Below, in pieces: positions 1 to 12,600 of a stretch of 64,000 bases of DNA. The DNA lies in contig JAUCBJ010000001.1 of the NCBI GenBank assembly GCA_032718475.1, forward strand, positions 62,001-126,000. The letters are read 5' to 3'. Both the position numbers and the translations under genes were made by a program. The notes under the pieces were generated by a model. The model did not search any database, was not told the origin of the DNA, and saw only the letters and a list, made by a program, of their open reading frames with translations. Each line of letters opens with the position of its first letter. The stretch's first letter is position 1. This DNA comes from Nemertoderma westbladi. Taxonomy: Eukaryota > Animalia > Xenacoelomorpha.

Positions 1-1935
1 TATGTTTTCTTATTATAGCCCAGATGTTTGCCTATATATGTATATATATACTGTATGTTGATGAAGCCCTTGCGCATTTTAATTATTTTTACTTGAAACT
101 AAGAATGCTTTGCCCTTTTTTTAATTTCATTTTTATGTAATTCAATTTTTATGTATTACCGGTACTTTAATAATTAATATGCACCAACTGTATAGGCCTA
201 TGTAAGTACTGTAAAGAGTAAATCTAAATAAACTACCATTTTAATTATTTTACTAATTCTACTGTAGCCTAGTCAGTCATTGCAGCATTGTGTGTGTAGG
301 TCTATTGTTGATTGTAGGCCTATACTGCTATAGGTACCTGACTGCCTGATACCATTACCTGTATTTTTATTATAACAGTATAACAGTACGAGTACATACA
401 CCTGTACTTGCTGTACACGCTTATTACCGGTCAGCCGGTCTGCCGGTAGCGTACCGTACTTTGCCAGATATGTTCATAATTATGTCATTCTACTGTATAG
501 GTGCAAAATTTAATATTTTATAGTTATTCTGGCGATATTAATAAGGGCAGAAGGGTCAACTGGGGTGAAGTGAGAAGTGAGCTACTTTTGCAGTTTTTGT
601 GTTTTAAAAATAGTTAATATCACATTGAGGAAATACCAATGCATTCCTTTGTGCACTACATTATTGCTCTAAACCATCTCAACAAAAATTAAAACATAAT
701 TTGCATATTAAATAGGAAAATTATATATTTTGTTTAGAGCACACAAGTAGCTCAATTTACCCCACTCATGGCTGCATGGGGCAAAGTGAACTATCTATAA
801 AATCATTTGCAAAACCATTTTAACCCGAATCGGTCATTGCTATGATAGAATCATTACATAATTTGCCTATTAAATAGGCAGATTATGTATTTTTTTGGCC
901 TCTCGAATAGCTCACTTTACCCTACTCATGGGGCAAAGTGAGCTTTCTCTCAAATGAGGTCCAAAACCATTTTACCCCAATCAGTAATTTTCCTGGGGTA
1001 AAGTGAACCATTTTTTATGTTAAAAAAAAATCATCAGATAAACATATAGGCCTACCAACTGACCAATTATCTCGGGTCATACACAGGGCTGGCAAAAACC
1101 ATAGGTTTTTCAGAAAAATTTTTAGGTTTTAGGTTTTTGCAAGGTTTTTGTAGGTTTTTGGAAGGTTTTTGCAGGTTTTTGAAGGTTTTCGCTAGGTTTT
1201 TGTAGTATTTCGCTAGGTTTTTGTAGTATTTCTGTATTTGTATACCGGTATTGATTGATTAGATTGACCTGGTTGGTAAATGATTAGATAAATTATATGG
1301 GGCGACATTTGGTCAACCTGTCAACTGTCAAGATTATATTTTATAGATACACTACAGCACTATGATACAAAATTGTTTGAAAGAATGAGTCCATCAGGTT
1401 TCATTGTCATATTAGTTACATTTATATAAACCTGTACAATGTCTGAAAGTAGGCTTACAGCAGTAGCAGTACAGACTACAGTCTTAAATTCAGACAGTAG
1501 GCTGGTAGGTGCAACTATTTATTACACTATTAGTGCATAGTGTATTAGTTCCGTAGTCTATTAGTATCATTAGCATCAATCAATGCATGCAGAATGCAGG
1601 CACGCGATTCAGCGAATGCAGAATGCCACCCCATCCCACAGTCCCATACTGGACCATAAAAGCATAACGTAAACCATAACCCGATAACCACCAGACTCCC
1701 TGACTGCCTGTGACCACCAGGCAGTTGACCAGAGTGCAGAGCCAGAGCTGCAGAGACCACCCACTGACGCTGACCCAGCCACCTGGCTGCCTGGACCACT
1801 GCTGACTGCTGCACTGTACTGCTGTACGTGTACAGTTATGTTACAGTTATACTAGGATGGCTAAAACGTCTGTCCTTATCTGATCTGATCTGACGGTATC
1901 TGACACTTGTTCCACCTTGCAGCCTTGGTTCAGAG

Positions 1936-2160
1936 TCCACCTTGGTGTAGTGGTTATATTGAATTCACGTCTCGTGGAGGTTGTGGGTTCAATCCCGGCA
2001 TGGGGGCCAAGGTAGTTTTCGTTTCGGCACGAATGTTTTTAAGGGTTTAACGAGGAATCTCTGCCTTGCATCCTTAAATGATAGCTAAATGAGTACTGGA
2101 GTTTCTGCCCATGTCAGCATGTGAAGTTTCCCCGGTATTCCCCTTAAACACGGGGGGGGG
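1936..2160 (+). mobile_element. tRNA-derived SINE
   Basis: Pol III A box tggtgtagtgg (1943) and B box ggttcaatcc (1986); body homologous to the inverted copy at 47095-47254; does not form a complete tRNA cloverleaf; 3' end approximate. Confidence 0.7.
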
Positions 2161-2720
2161 GGGTCAATATAACACCTCCCCCTCTGAAACAACGATACTA
2201 ACTGAAACGAACTAAAAGGAATTCAAATAAAATAAGCTAGAAATTTTAAACTTGTTTTTAGCGGCTGGAGCCAAATTTTGATGCCGGCCCAGGATTTACC
2301 TTTTCGGTCGACTTTTATTGGAATTTTATATACGGTATGCAGATTTTAATTTTTTTTGTTTATCTTCAGATCTTTATTAAGTGTATTATAGAGAGCTTAT
2401 TTATGGCTTATAACCTGTACATCTGTACATACAGACATATACTAATTCGTTTATTGTTTTGGTTATATTCAGCCCTTCTGTAACCTGTGTTTTTGGTGAA
2501 AACCTGGTATTCTTCACATGGGGGTAACTGCAAAGTGAAATATAACGGCAAAGTCTGGTATTCTTACTGTCTTAGCCCATGTGAAGAATACCAGAATACC
2601 TTACTACTACATAATAGTCTGATAGTACTTAACTAATTATGTTTATGCTAATTATTTATCAGCATATTATTGCCACATGGGTGTGTGGGTGGATGGGAAT
2701 GTGGGAAGGTGCCCGCTGGT

Positions 2721-2945
2721 TGTTTATTGTTTTGGTTAGAAAAGTCAGCCGCGGTAACATTCTCCTTTCTCTCAATTGGTAGGTATCAAAATCGTTTATT
2801 GTTTTGGTTAGAAAACCCTGTCTCTGTAACCTGTTCCTTTCCCTCAATTGGTAGGTAACAATTGTCGTTTATTGTTTTGGTTAGAAATTACAGCCGCTGT
2901 AACCTGCTCTTTTCCTTCAATTGGAAGGTAACAACAGCGTTTATT
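2721..2945 (+). repeat. ~3 tandem copies (~72-bp period) of a dispersed bipartite motif
   Basis: cgtttattgttttggtt-N14-ctgtaacctg(c/t)tcctttccctcaattgg at 2721, 2793, 2866; further copies at 2448, 4581, 9553, 17916-18130(-), 31723, 40738(-), 48273. Confidence 0.85.
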
Positions 2946-4580
2946 AATTCCCACATCCCCATCCACCTTCCCGTATTCAGATATTCCTTCATCGTCTAGG
3001 CATACTGTAAACACCACTGTATCAGCTGGCAATATGGGGCATGTTAAGTGTTTCTTCATATACACACTAGGCCTACCCAGTAGGCTTAGAGATACCCCTC
3101 CCTGCCTTCCCTTTCTGCCTTTAGCGTAACAAACCTTCATCCTATATCGCATTTTTAATATAATATATAAATATAATTACATGCCTTTGTGCATTTAGAT
3201 GCATACCGGTATGCCTGTACTGCTACTTCATATGATGATACTGATACTTAACAGGGCAACGTGAAACGTGATCCCCTATTCAGCTACTGGCTATTTACCT
3301 AACAGACAATTAGGTAAATTATTATATCTCTTTCTCCTGATTGGTTGTAGGATCAGATGCTGTCAGATCAGATCAGATCAGATAAGGACAGACGTTTTAT
3401 TCTACCTCCCGGTCAGCCGGTACCGGACCATCTGACTGCTACGGTAACTTGCATCAGCTAACTTGCATCAGTCAGCTTGTCAGCAGTGACAAGACAACTG
3501 GGAACTGGACTGGACTGGAACTCATCAGCTGACAATGCAAGTTGACTTGTTCAGTTGTTTTGAGTGTACAAATGAAATTAAAAGGCAAATTAAAGATGAA
3601 AAATCAAAAACCTAAAAACCTAGTTTTAGGCTTTTTTCAAATTTTAGGTTTTTGACAAAAACCTACAAAAACCTAGGTTTACAAAAACCTACTTTGCCAG
3701 CCCTGGTCATACATACAAACAATGGAATCCAAACAAATTCAGTGCTTCCAATTCTAAAAAAAACCTTACTTACTGCACAGCACAGCATGCTACTACAAAC
3801 AATAAACCTGAATGAGTGAATACACAGCACAGCCTAGTAGTGGAAATTGGAGGCCCAACAGTTTTGATTTGTACGTTTATTTATTAGACCCACTTAGGCC
3901 CTAACAGCTAAAATTACCAGGCATCCAGAATTACCAGACATCCAAACAACGTTCTGTTACAAATAAGAGATATAATAAAATACAAAATAATAAACAGCAC
4001 GAAAATTTCAATAGCTCACTTTACCCCATTGCCATTAAAATAAAGGGGTAAAGTGAACTAAATTAATTAATTAAATAAATAAATAATTAGTTACAGAATG
4101 ATAAAAAGTGCATGGCAGCATGGGATATCTCAAGTATCACTTATTTGCCATTTATTTGCGGTAATGACAACTCTCTACCTTAATTCGTTGTTTATAATTT
4201 TTTATTTTAAAATCAATAGCTGAATAGCCAAAAAGTTCGTATGCATGAATTTTCAACTTTTTTTTCATATTTTGTAAAAATATTGATTGCTTCGAAATTT
4301 CAAACTGTCATAATTTATTTCATTTATTAGATCAAAGCTAGGATATTTGTAGACATTGTAATGATTTTAGAGAATTGAAATAATAAAAATTTATATATTT
4401 AAAAAAACAAAATAAAAATTGCTCATTTTACCCCTAGCTCACTTCACCACAGCTTACCCAACATAACTATGGTGGCTGATTTGGGTCAATTAGATTATTA
4501 TTTTTTTCTGGGTGATAATATTATCTTATCACCCGGGTGATAAATAAAAATAATATTACCGTATTATCACCCGGGAAAAA

Positions 4581-4710
4581 TTTATTGTTTGGTTAGAAAA
4601 GCATGCATCTGTAAACTGTAACCTGTTCCTTTCCCTCAATTGGTAACAATATCGTTTATTGTTTTGGTTAGAAAATCTTGCTCCTTTTGCCTTTCCCTCA
4701 ATTGGTAACA
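4581..4710 (+). promoter_or_regulatory. Two copies of the bipartite motif ~250-370 bp upstream of the PCIF1 ATG (candidate promoter/5'UTR element)
   Basis: Motif match seen directly; regulatory role inferred from position and orientation only. Confidence 0.35.
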
Positions 4711-4954
4711 ATAAACCCAGAAAAAACTAAAACTTCCGTACAATACAGAATTCAGCTGTATATCTCAGTATCTGTCTGTATATGCAGATATGACTGTATG
4801 CCCGATCTGGTATGTGGTAACGGTAGCTGTTATCTTTGGTTCCAGGTTCTGAGACAGGAACACTGGAAAAGGATATTACAGCTAGCTGTACAGAAATAAT
4901 ATCTGTGTAGTAGCCTACTGGACTACTATACGCCTTGATCTGTTGATCGCCTAT

Positions 4955-6234
4955 ATGTCGGGGCCTAACAATAGCGAATCGAAGAACCATCGACTGGGCT
5001 CTAAACTCAGTATCGTCGTCTCCCACCGGACTAGCGATGGGGGAAGTGAGCACAGCGACGACAGTAGTTCCAGCAGCGTCCTGTCCCCGGTCTCCCCGGC
5101 CATAGCCGCCCCGGGCGCCGCCCCTCGCAGCTTCTCGGACTCGGTCCCGGTGTCCGCCGCCGTGCCAGACATCCCGGAACCCCCGGGCGACGCCGTCCCG
5201 GAACTCTCTCCGGAGCTCCACAGACTGGGATGGCGCTGCTACTGGAGTAAACGCGAGAACCAGTACTACTTCTGGAACAAACACAGTCAGCAGTCGTTGT
5301 GGGAGATGCCTACGGTACCGGTTAGCAGTAAACGACCGCTGAATGCTTCCGACGCGTCGGGGCGCTACCAGAAACAGCGTCGCTTCACGGACTGGAACCT
5401 CGATATACAAACCAACGTGATCGTCTACGAACGCAAAATGCAGTTGTGGATTCCGCCTCATCCCGAGATCGAGCAATACCGCTCGACGTTGGTAGCTGGG
5501 CTGCGGAATCTTCTCGAGGAACAGTGTCTGCGGATAGTGTCGATCCATGCGCCGTTGGAGTCTTTCAACCGCTGGTTGCTGGAACGCAAGGTTACGGACC
5601 GCGGGGTGGACCCGCTGATCCCGAGCGACTGCGCCGTCGATCTGTCCGTCTCGATGTACCGCGAGATAATGAACGACGTCCCCACGAGAGTCACCAAGAC
5701 TGCGGTGGCTTCCGAGGCCCGGAAGCAGCTGTCCGTGTACGCGGAGGCCGCGAAAAATCTCGTGGAGAATCGGAAGTGCGATAAAGACACTCGGAAGATG
5801 GTACTGTGGCACGCGGAGGCTACATTCCAGTGGCTCCGTTCTAATGACAAACGTAGCAAAGAAGACAGCGAGGTGCGTCTCAAACACATACGGAAGCAGA
5901 TTAAAGAGCGTCTGGAAGAGGTTGCCAAGCCTTCCGTCGAGTCGATCTGTCTCAAACTCTACCAGCACGCCAAGCTGCACGCCAAGGAGGTTAGGGAGCG
6001 ACACGAGTCTCTGTGGTTGGATAATAAGGTCTCGATCCCGCCCGAGTCTCCCAAGGTCCCCACTGCCAACCGGAAGGTTCTCTGTTACCCTATTCTCTCC
6101 TTCGTTCCGTCCACGCGTTTGCCGGTAGTCGACGTAGAACCGACCCCCGACGAACAGTTTATGACTATCAGTTTCCGGGGCGATTGTCTGCGGGTTAAAA
6201 CTTTATATTTTTATAAATTGGAGACTCTGTATAG
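4955..6234 (+). CDS. PCIF1: PCIF1/CAPAM cap-specific adenosine N6-methyltransferase, coding exon 1 (WW domain + helical region)
   Basis: ATG at 4955 in the 431-aa ORF; WW domain GWRCYWSKRENQYYFWNKHSQQSLWEMP; PCIF1-like ESFNRWLLERKVTDRGVDPLIP and SMYREIMNDVP; donor AG|GTGAGT at 6234/6235 (phase 2). Confidence 0.93.
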
Positions 6235-7112
6235 GTGAGTTCTATGTGGTTGCTTGTTATGTAACAAATAGTGAATGATTAGAATATGAATGATTTGCTA
6301 TGGAATTTCATATAGTAATATATCATTATTTATTTAGTAGACCAGTTTATATATCGGAATTCGGAACGGCTTTGACTTTTGAGATAGTCGGTGATTGAAA
6401 TGATATATAAATGAACTCCTTGCTGTGTCACTAACATTAATTAGGTTAATAATTAATATTAATTATTGAGGCTAGAGTTCACTCAAGCTAATTATTTTCA
6501 TGATCCTCACTGGACAAGGTATAAGAGACGTGTCATTATATTTCTGAATAACGATCGTGACGCTTTGTAATATATTGTTAATATCAGAGTGTAATTGAAT
6601 CCGTTCAAGGATTTAGTGTAATTAACTGTTTATATTCATTCATAATAAGGTTATTATTTAATGTCAGCTGCTACAAACAATGTGAGATTTAATATTATAT
6701 AATAATAAAATAAAATAAATAGCACAAAACTTCGTACGGAGTAATGCGCCTTAATGCACCTCAATATTATTCTCAAGATATTCACTTAAATTACTTCGGG
6801 ATTATAAAAAGCGTTGGTCGACTTTTATTGGTTATTTGAATTTAACTTTAATCAAATTTTAATTTTATTCAACTTTTTATTTTCTTTGAAATTATGGTGT
6901 GCGTTCAATATTGGTTGACTGCGGGGCCGTTTAAACCTTCTTAGTCTCACATTCATAGGCATCCATTCTTGCCTCCAATATAAGTTTTTTTTACAGCGCA
7001 CAATAATTATTGCTCAGAATAATTGTGACATTTTTTATATTGTGCGTTATAATATTATAAAGATGGTTGTAAAATCAACCCATTTCACTAACTCGTATAT
7101 TTTCATTATTAG

Positions 7113-7776
7113 GCTGAACTGTAAAGACGACTTCGAACTAACTATGTTCCTTCCGCGCGTATACTGCCTGTTAAAACGATACAACACCCTGTTCGGGACG
7201 CGCCCGACAGAGGGCCACAGCCACCAGGGGGCGCTACCCGTGGCCGTCTTCGAGGCACTCAACTCCGCTTTCGATATAACCTTCGAGTGTTTCGCCTCGC
7301 CGCTCAACTGCTACTTCAACCAGTACTGCTCGGTGTTCCCGGACACGGACGGATACTTTGGTTCCCGCGGTCCCTTCCTCGACTTCCACCCCATCTCGGG
7401 ATCCTTCGAGGTGAACCCTCCCTTCTCCATCGAGCTGTGTCTCGCCACCGTTGACCACGTCCATCGGCTACTCGAAGCCTCCGTCGAGCCGCTGAGCTTC
7501 GCGATCTTCGTCCCCGAGTGGCGGAACCCCACCCCGGACTTCCTCCAGCAACTCGAGTGCAGTCGGTTCAACCGAAGGGAACTGCTCATTCCGTCGTTCC
7601 AACACGATTACCGCAACGGTTTCCAACATCTGTGCAATCCCAACGAACTGTCAGCCTCATCCATGCACGGCACTTTCATTTTCTTTTTACAGAACGACAT
7701 GGGTCTTGTAAAGTGGTCCCCGTCCTCCGATAAAATAGAGAAAATTAAAGAGGCTTATGGTATTAAACCCTCATAA
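7113..7776 (+). CDS. PCIF1: PCIF1/CAPAM coding exon 2 (methyltransferase core)
   Basis: Acceptor ttag| at 7112 restores frame (LYR-LNCKDD); FECFASPLN, YCSVFPDTDGYFGSRG and catalytic NPPF motif; stop TAA at 7776; joined protein ~647 aa. Confidence 0.95.
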
Positions 7777-7826
7777 GTTTGTTTTCTTTTAAATGTTTAA
7801 ATACGGAGTCACGTAGTATTAAATAT

Positions 7827-7832
7827 AATAAA
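7827..7832 (+). terminator. Candidate polyadenylation signal for PCIF1
   Basis: AATAAA ~50 nt after the stop; AT-rich context makes this weak. Confidence 0.35.
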
Positions 7833-9819
7833 TATATATAATATAGGATCAATTTTGAATTTTAAACATTTTTAATTAATTGTAAATTATAAGCTCGGCT
7901 GCAGTTGAGGTAGGTTTTGTATGACAACTGTTTGCTTGAGAGTTATTTTGTATTTTATAGCATTTGTGTATCTTCGTACGTGCGAAAGCGTGCTTGCGAT
8001 TTAGCGTGCAAATAGTAAATCACACCCTTCTTGCTGCGACTGACGTCCAAACCAATCAATCTCATTGTCTGACGGGCATTGGCCATCTACATATGGAAAA
8101 TATGATTCTGTCAAGGATTTCGGGTACCTAATGTAAACTGAACGACGTCCACTTGCGGAAGTTATGATAATGTAGGAGTTAGCGAATCATGATGATTATT
8201 AAAACATTAGGAGTTATGTTAGAAAGTATAGAATTAATACATATTAAAGATTATTAAGAGTTTTGTCACTTATAATAAGTTAAGTGATATATTAATTATT
8301 TATTACATATACCTTTACCTTCCATTACTTTATTACATGGCATTTGGAAGATTTATAATGACACTTTTATGTCATTTTGTACTACACTGACACTCCGTGT
8401 TAGAGTAGATTTCAGTTACATAGTTTTAAGTTGTGTAAAATACAGTTGGTGGTCTTTTTCTTCCTTGCACAAGGTTATTTCTACTATATATATTTATTTA
8501 TTCTTTCGCACTAACATTCTCACATTATTTACAGACCAGGGTATCTGCAGCCAATCATATTCCTTTATATCCCTATTCATATATTATGACTCTATGGTTA
8601 ATCGCTTGACTTGAGGTGAAATTCATATATTTTTCTGAAGGAACTCATTTTCGTGTTTCTTATTTAATGAATTAATGTAATTACTATTTGTTGTCTGTAA
8701 ACAGCGAGTCCTTTCGTTATGTGTATCAGAATGTGCAATGTGCAGTTTGTATAAGTCTCAGGCAATTATTATATTGTTAATAATTAATTGTATTGTGTAT
8801 TAACTGTTATTACAATAAATTACATGTTACCAAATAAAGCTATTATATTTTCATGAACGTAATTTTATTCCTACATTTGCCTTTCATCCTCTCAATATCA
8901 CTTCCGCCTAATTCTTCCTCGCCGACTATTAATAGTGATTAATAGTTGCGAACCGCCCGTTATACCCGCTGTTGTTCGGTCGGACTGGTGTTGGGCGGCT
9001 CTCCTGGTTTCCTATAATATCGCTTCCGGAGACAGGAAGTTCTAGGACCCTATAAATGTCTGTAATTCTTGTTATTGTGGTGGTGTGATCCAGACTTAAG
9101 ATGTGAAAGTACCGGGTTCGATCATGGATCCGGTCTTTTTTAAATCTCATATTTACATTTAAAATTTAGGCAGTTTAGTTTACAGTCACCTTGCTGGATT
9201 TTCTTGTTTTTAATGATATTGTGTACTCATTTCGTGAGTGATATCGTATTATGAACATATTTTGTTGCCGCACGAATAATTGATATTTTATATGATTTGT
9301 TCAGAAATGGTAAAAGGATTCGCCACCGACCGTCAGTATCTCTAACCAGTTCAAATCCTCTCCAATCTAGTCCACTTCTATCAAACAGCCAGTCATAAAT
9401 TCGCCCATGTGCAGAATCCATATTTCACTTTTCGGTCGAAATTATATTGAAATTTTATATGTGAAGAATTTGTATTTTTTAAATTTATTCTGTTTTTTTA
9501 AGCGATTATTTCTCTTATAACTTTGTATAGATATACTAGAGGCATACTAAATTCGTTTCTTGTTCTGGATCTTATTCAGCCCTTCTGTAACTATATTCTT
9601 CACATTGCTTTAGATCAATTAAAAACACATTTCTTAAAGCAAATCTCTTGAACTAATTAAAAACTAGAATGGAATAGGGTATGGGGAATACAGTTGTATA
9701 ATTTTTAAGTATAATTATTTAAATTTTATACTAGAAAATAATTAATATCCTTTAAGAGGCAGGTTGAAAATGCTGTTTTCACCCCGATCAACTTAATTAA
9801 CTAATTAACTGCTATTATC

Positions 9820-9975
9820 TTAGCTTCTCGAAGACCCCACGGAAATTCAACTTGGGAAGTTTCTAAACTTTTGTCAGAGTACATGTGTACCAAGTTTGGA
9901 TAGATTTCATTAACATTTTGCTGAGTTATTAACGTTGAAAATTTAACACAACAGAACGACAGACACACCGATTGG
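9820..9975 (+). mobile_element. Fragment of a dispersed repeat, possibly Helitron/Helentron-associated
   Basis: cttttgtcagagtacatgtgtaccaagttt...ctgagttatta...acgacagaca closely matches 25560-25660; class assignment is inference. Confidence 0.45.
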
Positions 9976-10739
9976 GGTGTAATGTGCTCAATCTTAGGTT
10001 GAGATGAAGTGTTATGTGGTGTAATCCGACACTAGAAATGACTATCATTTAAGCATTTAAAGATTAGCAGCATTGAAATAAAAATAATGGAATTGTTCGA
10101 TAATTTATATGAATTGGATTTTTACCCTAAGTTGAGTAACTCAAAGGCCAGCAGAGCCAATAGACAACTGGCAGCGGCAGGTGGGGGGGGGGGGGTTCCT
10201 CGGAGTAAAGAGAGAGGGCTGTTGCGCTGTCAGTCAGAGAGGTAACAGCCCGTGGGGTAAGGATTTACCTCTGGGACCTGTATTAGGCAAAATAGCAGTA
10301 GCTGTGTAGGCCCACCAGTACTGTGCACGGTACATACCCGAAATTTAGCCTACATCTGTAAATAATACACGGTTTCGCGGTACACGACCATATAAATTAG
10401 ACCACCATCCATCTGTAAAATGCTCGCGTGAGTTCAGGAGTTGCACAGATGTCAGGATGTGCTGATTCTATATCATGCACTAGGCCTAACGGATTCTGGT
10501 AGCCTGGAACTAGACCACTACAAAAACTGATGCGACAGAGCGAGGTGTCGTTAACCTAACATTTCTTGGCGGCTGATCCGATAACACTCAACGCATTGTA
10601 TGGTTGGACATTGCTGCATTGACATTACCGGTATTGCATTATAGTGTACAATATTACATACTGATTAGTATGGATTGAGAAATTGGATATATTTGGATGT
10701 CAATGGATGGATAGCTTTGGTTTGAGAAACTAATATCAC

Positions 10740-11257
10740 GTAGGCCTACCTAATCATAAGAACTACAGCCTTTAGAAGTACGAAGACATATTTTTGATCT
10801 TACAATGACTTACAACATTATACATCAACTTGTTGATCTACCACAATAATTTTTTTTTACTTTTGCAAATACGGTGCGGTGCAATCGAGGACATTCTTAT
10901 AAACTTTTTAAACGTATTACTAGATTAGAGATAACTAAGTATTCCTATTCAAACCGTGTAGTAAGTGTATGGAACGATTTACCGTCAGACGTAGTTATGG
11001 CAGTCAATACTGCAATATTAATGTTTTTAAGAACTTGTTAAAAAAAGTAGATCTTTTACCTTATTGTAGTTTTGATAGATTTTTGGATTAGTAATTTTTA
11101 CAATATATAAGAAACATGTATTTTAGTCTTTTAATTTAACGATATTTTTAAGTGCAATTGTTGCCCGTAAGTGTCCTTGTAACCTGGGTGATGTTCTCCC
11201 TTTTAATTAATTTTTATATGTTAATGATTAATAAAAGAGTGTATTATTATTATTATC
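10740..11257 (+). mobile_element. CR1-like LINE 3' fragment (degenerate ORF2 C-terminus + tail)
   Basis: Hand translation gives LQPLEVRRHIFDLTMTYNIIHQLVDL and RGHSYKLFKRITRLEITKYSYSNRVVSVWNDLPSDVV, the typical CR1 ORF2 end; AATAAA plus (TAT)n at 11230-11257. Confidence 0.75.
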
Positions 11258-11289
11258 ATATCTTTGCGTTAATTATTACTATATCCACT

Positions 11290-11640
11290 GGCTCCCAGCC
11301 ACCTTCAACAAACCATCATACAGTCATTGCTGGGGGGCACTCAGCTGAGGGGGCGGAGCGCATTAAAAACTCTAAGTATCGCGACCTAATGGACAGAATG
11401 GACCGGGCCATTTCTTTCACCCCGTGGCCTTTGACGCCTTTGGCCGCCCTGGTCCAGAGACATCCACCTTCCTCCGGGAGATCGGGGCTCGTCTCCACAG
11501 TGCCACCCACGAACCGCGGTCACACCAGTTTCTGCTCCAGCGCCCAGCGCCTGGAGATGGCAATTTTGGTTGGTATTGCAGCCTCAGTCCAGCAGTCATG
11601 GGGACAGCAACCACGCCGACCATCGGTCTATTCGGGCACC
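11290..11640 (+). pseudogene. CRE-like non-LTR retrotransposon, C-terminal restriction-like endonuclease region, frameshifted
   Basis: Frames join to AEGAERIKNSKYRDL..FHPVAFDAFGRPGPETSTFLREIGARL..EPRSHQFLLQR-LEMAILVGIAASV, matching the AE..K..KY / F.P.A.E..G..G / QR.S.A...GNA pattern of CRE-clade RLE ends. Confidence 0.7.
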
Positions 11641-12289
11641 GAAGAGCCGAAACCAATCGAAACTGTCGAAATGGTTGCCAATGGAGTCACCAACGGGATG
11701 ACGGCCGAAGATATTCAATACTCTTCGTTATTTAATAATGTGATTAGATAAAAAAATAAATTAATGAAATATAATTCATCTGTCAATTATTATTACAAAA
11801 AAAAATCCAACATTATATTAACATTTATATAGTTTTGAATTAAATGTTTCGAAATCAACAGTCATTCAATGAACTTATACAGCAGTGTCATATATCGCGT
11901 ATCCCTTGGTTTAATCACTATTCTTTATTCAAGTATAACTGAATCCTGGCCCACCGCCTTTACCCTCCACTGATAATTTAAAATCGTAACTCATTCAATC
12001 TATACCAAACTTGGTAAACATGTAATATTTTAGTAGTAAACAAGCTGTTATTTGCGTCGATTTTCACCTGGAGAGGGAAGTCTTATACATTGACAAGACT
12101 TATTAAATGATTGATGTTGAATAATTATTATTAAGATTAAAATATATTATTAGGAATTCGAAGAAAGCAAATTGTATTGAGTTAGTATTGGCAAGTTAAT
12201 CTCACAAACCAGTCTAGTCTAACTTTACAGTAGCCTTGTTCGCATTGTTCCAGGTTTAGGCCTATAGATGCCACCATCTTCGTTCCAGG

Positions 12290-12600
12290 TTTAATACTGT
12301 AATAGACTCCGTTATCTGTCTCGATCGCTTCGCTATGCACCATCTTACTGGGTTTAATAAACTCCATCGCCTTCCTGTCGTTCTATTGTCGTAGATTACT
12401 TCGCCATCGTCTTTTCGCTTTGGTTGCGTGTTTAATACTGTAATAGACTCCGTCATCCGTCTCGATCGCTTTGCTATGCACCATCTTACTGGGTTTAATA
12501 AACTCCATCGCCTTCCTGTCGTTCTGTTTTGTAGATTACTTCGCCATCGTCTGATCGCTTTGGTTGCGTGTTTAATACTGTAATAGACTCCGTCGCCATC
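12290..12600. repeat. ~140-bp tandem repeat, ~2.3 copies
   Basis: tttaatactgtaatagactccg recurs at 12290, 12431, 12571. Confidence 0.8.

Larger units (their letters stand above)
1854..3407. mobile_element. Foldback/MITE-like element nested in the hAT element
   Basis: ~45-bp inverted repeat taaaacgtctgtccttatctgatctgatctgac (1862) vs gtcagatcagatcagataaggacagacgtttta (to ~3399); TSD not evident. Confidence 0.65.
1084..3705. mobile_element. hAT-type non-autonomous transposon
   Basis: TIR cagggctggcaaa / tttgccagccctg; perfect 8-bp TSD gtcataca (1076-1083, 3706-3713); aggttttt subterminal repeats mirrored at both ends. Confidence 0.9.
553..4459. mobile_element. Non-autonomous TIR DNA transposon (pogo/Tc1-mariner-like ends), host of nested insertions
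   Basis: Imperfect TIR gggtcaactggggtgaagtgag (553) vs ctcacttcaccacagcttaccc (to 4459); internal ggggc/taaagtgaac-type subterminal repeats at 770-1010 and 4010-4060; no clear TSD. Confidence 0.6.

Noticed and set aside
1936-2010. tRNA gene
   Set aside because: A/B boxes are present but there is no proper acceptor or anticodon stem; it continues into a body shared with 47095-47254, so it is called a SINE.
2721-2945. Spliced-leader RNA gene array (caattg|gta donor-like site and ttgttttgg Sm-like tract)
   Set aside because: No match to any SL exon I recognise and the copies are too heterogeneous; it cannot be supported without transcript 5'-end data.
4727-6004. 425-aa antisense ORF over PCIF1
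   Set aside because: Shadow ORF of a GC-rich coding exon; no recognisable domain.
7042-7112. N-terminal part of the 244-aa ORF, and similar ORF extensions at 50487-50569 and 51272-51383
   Set aside because: Intronic read-through outside the splice sites that give the homologous protein.
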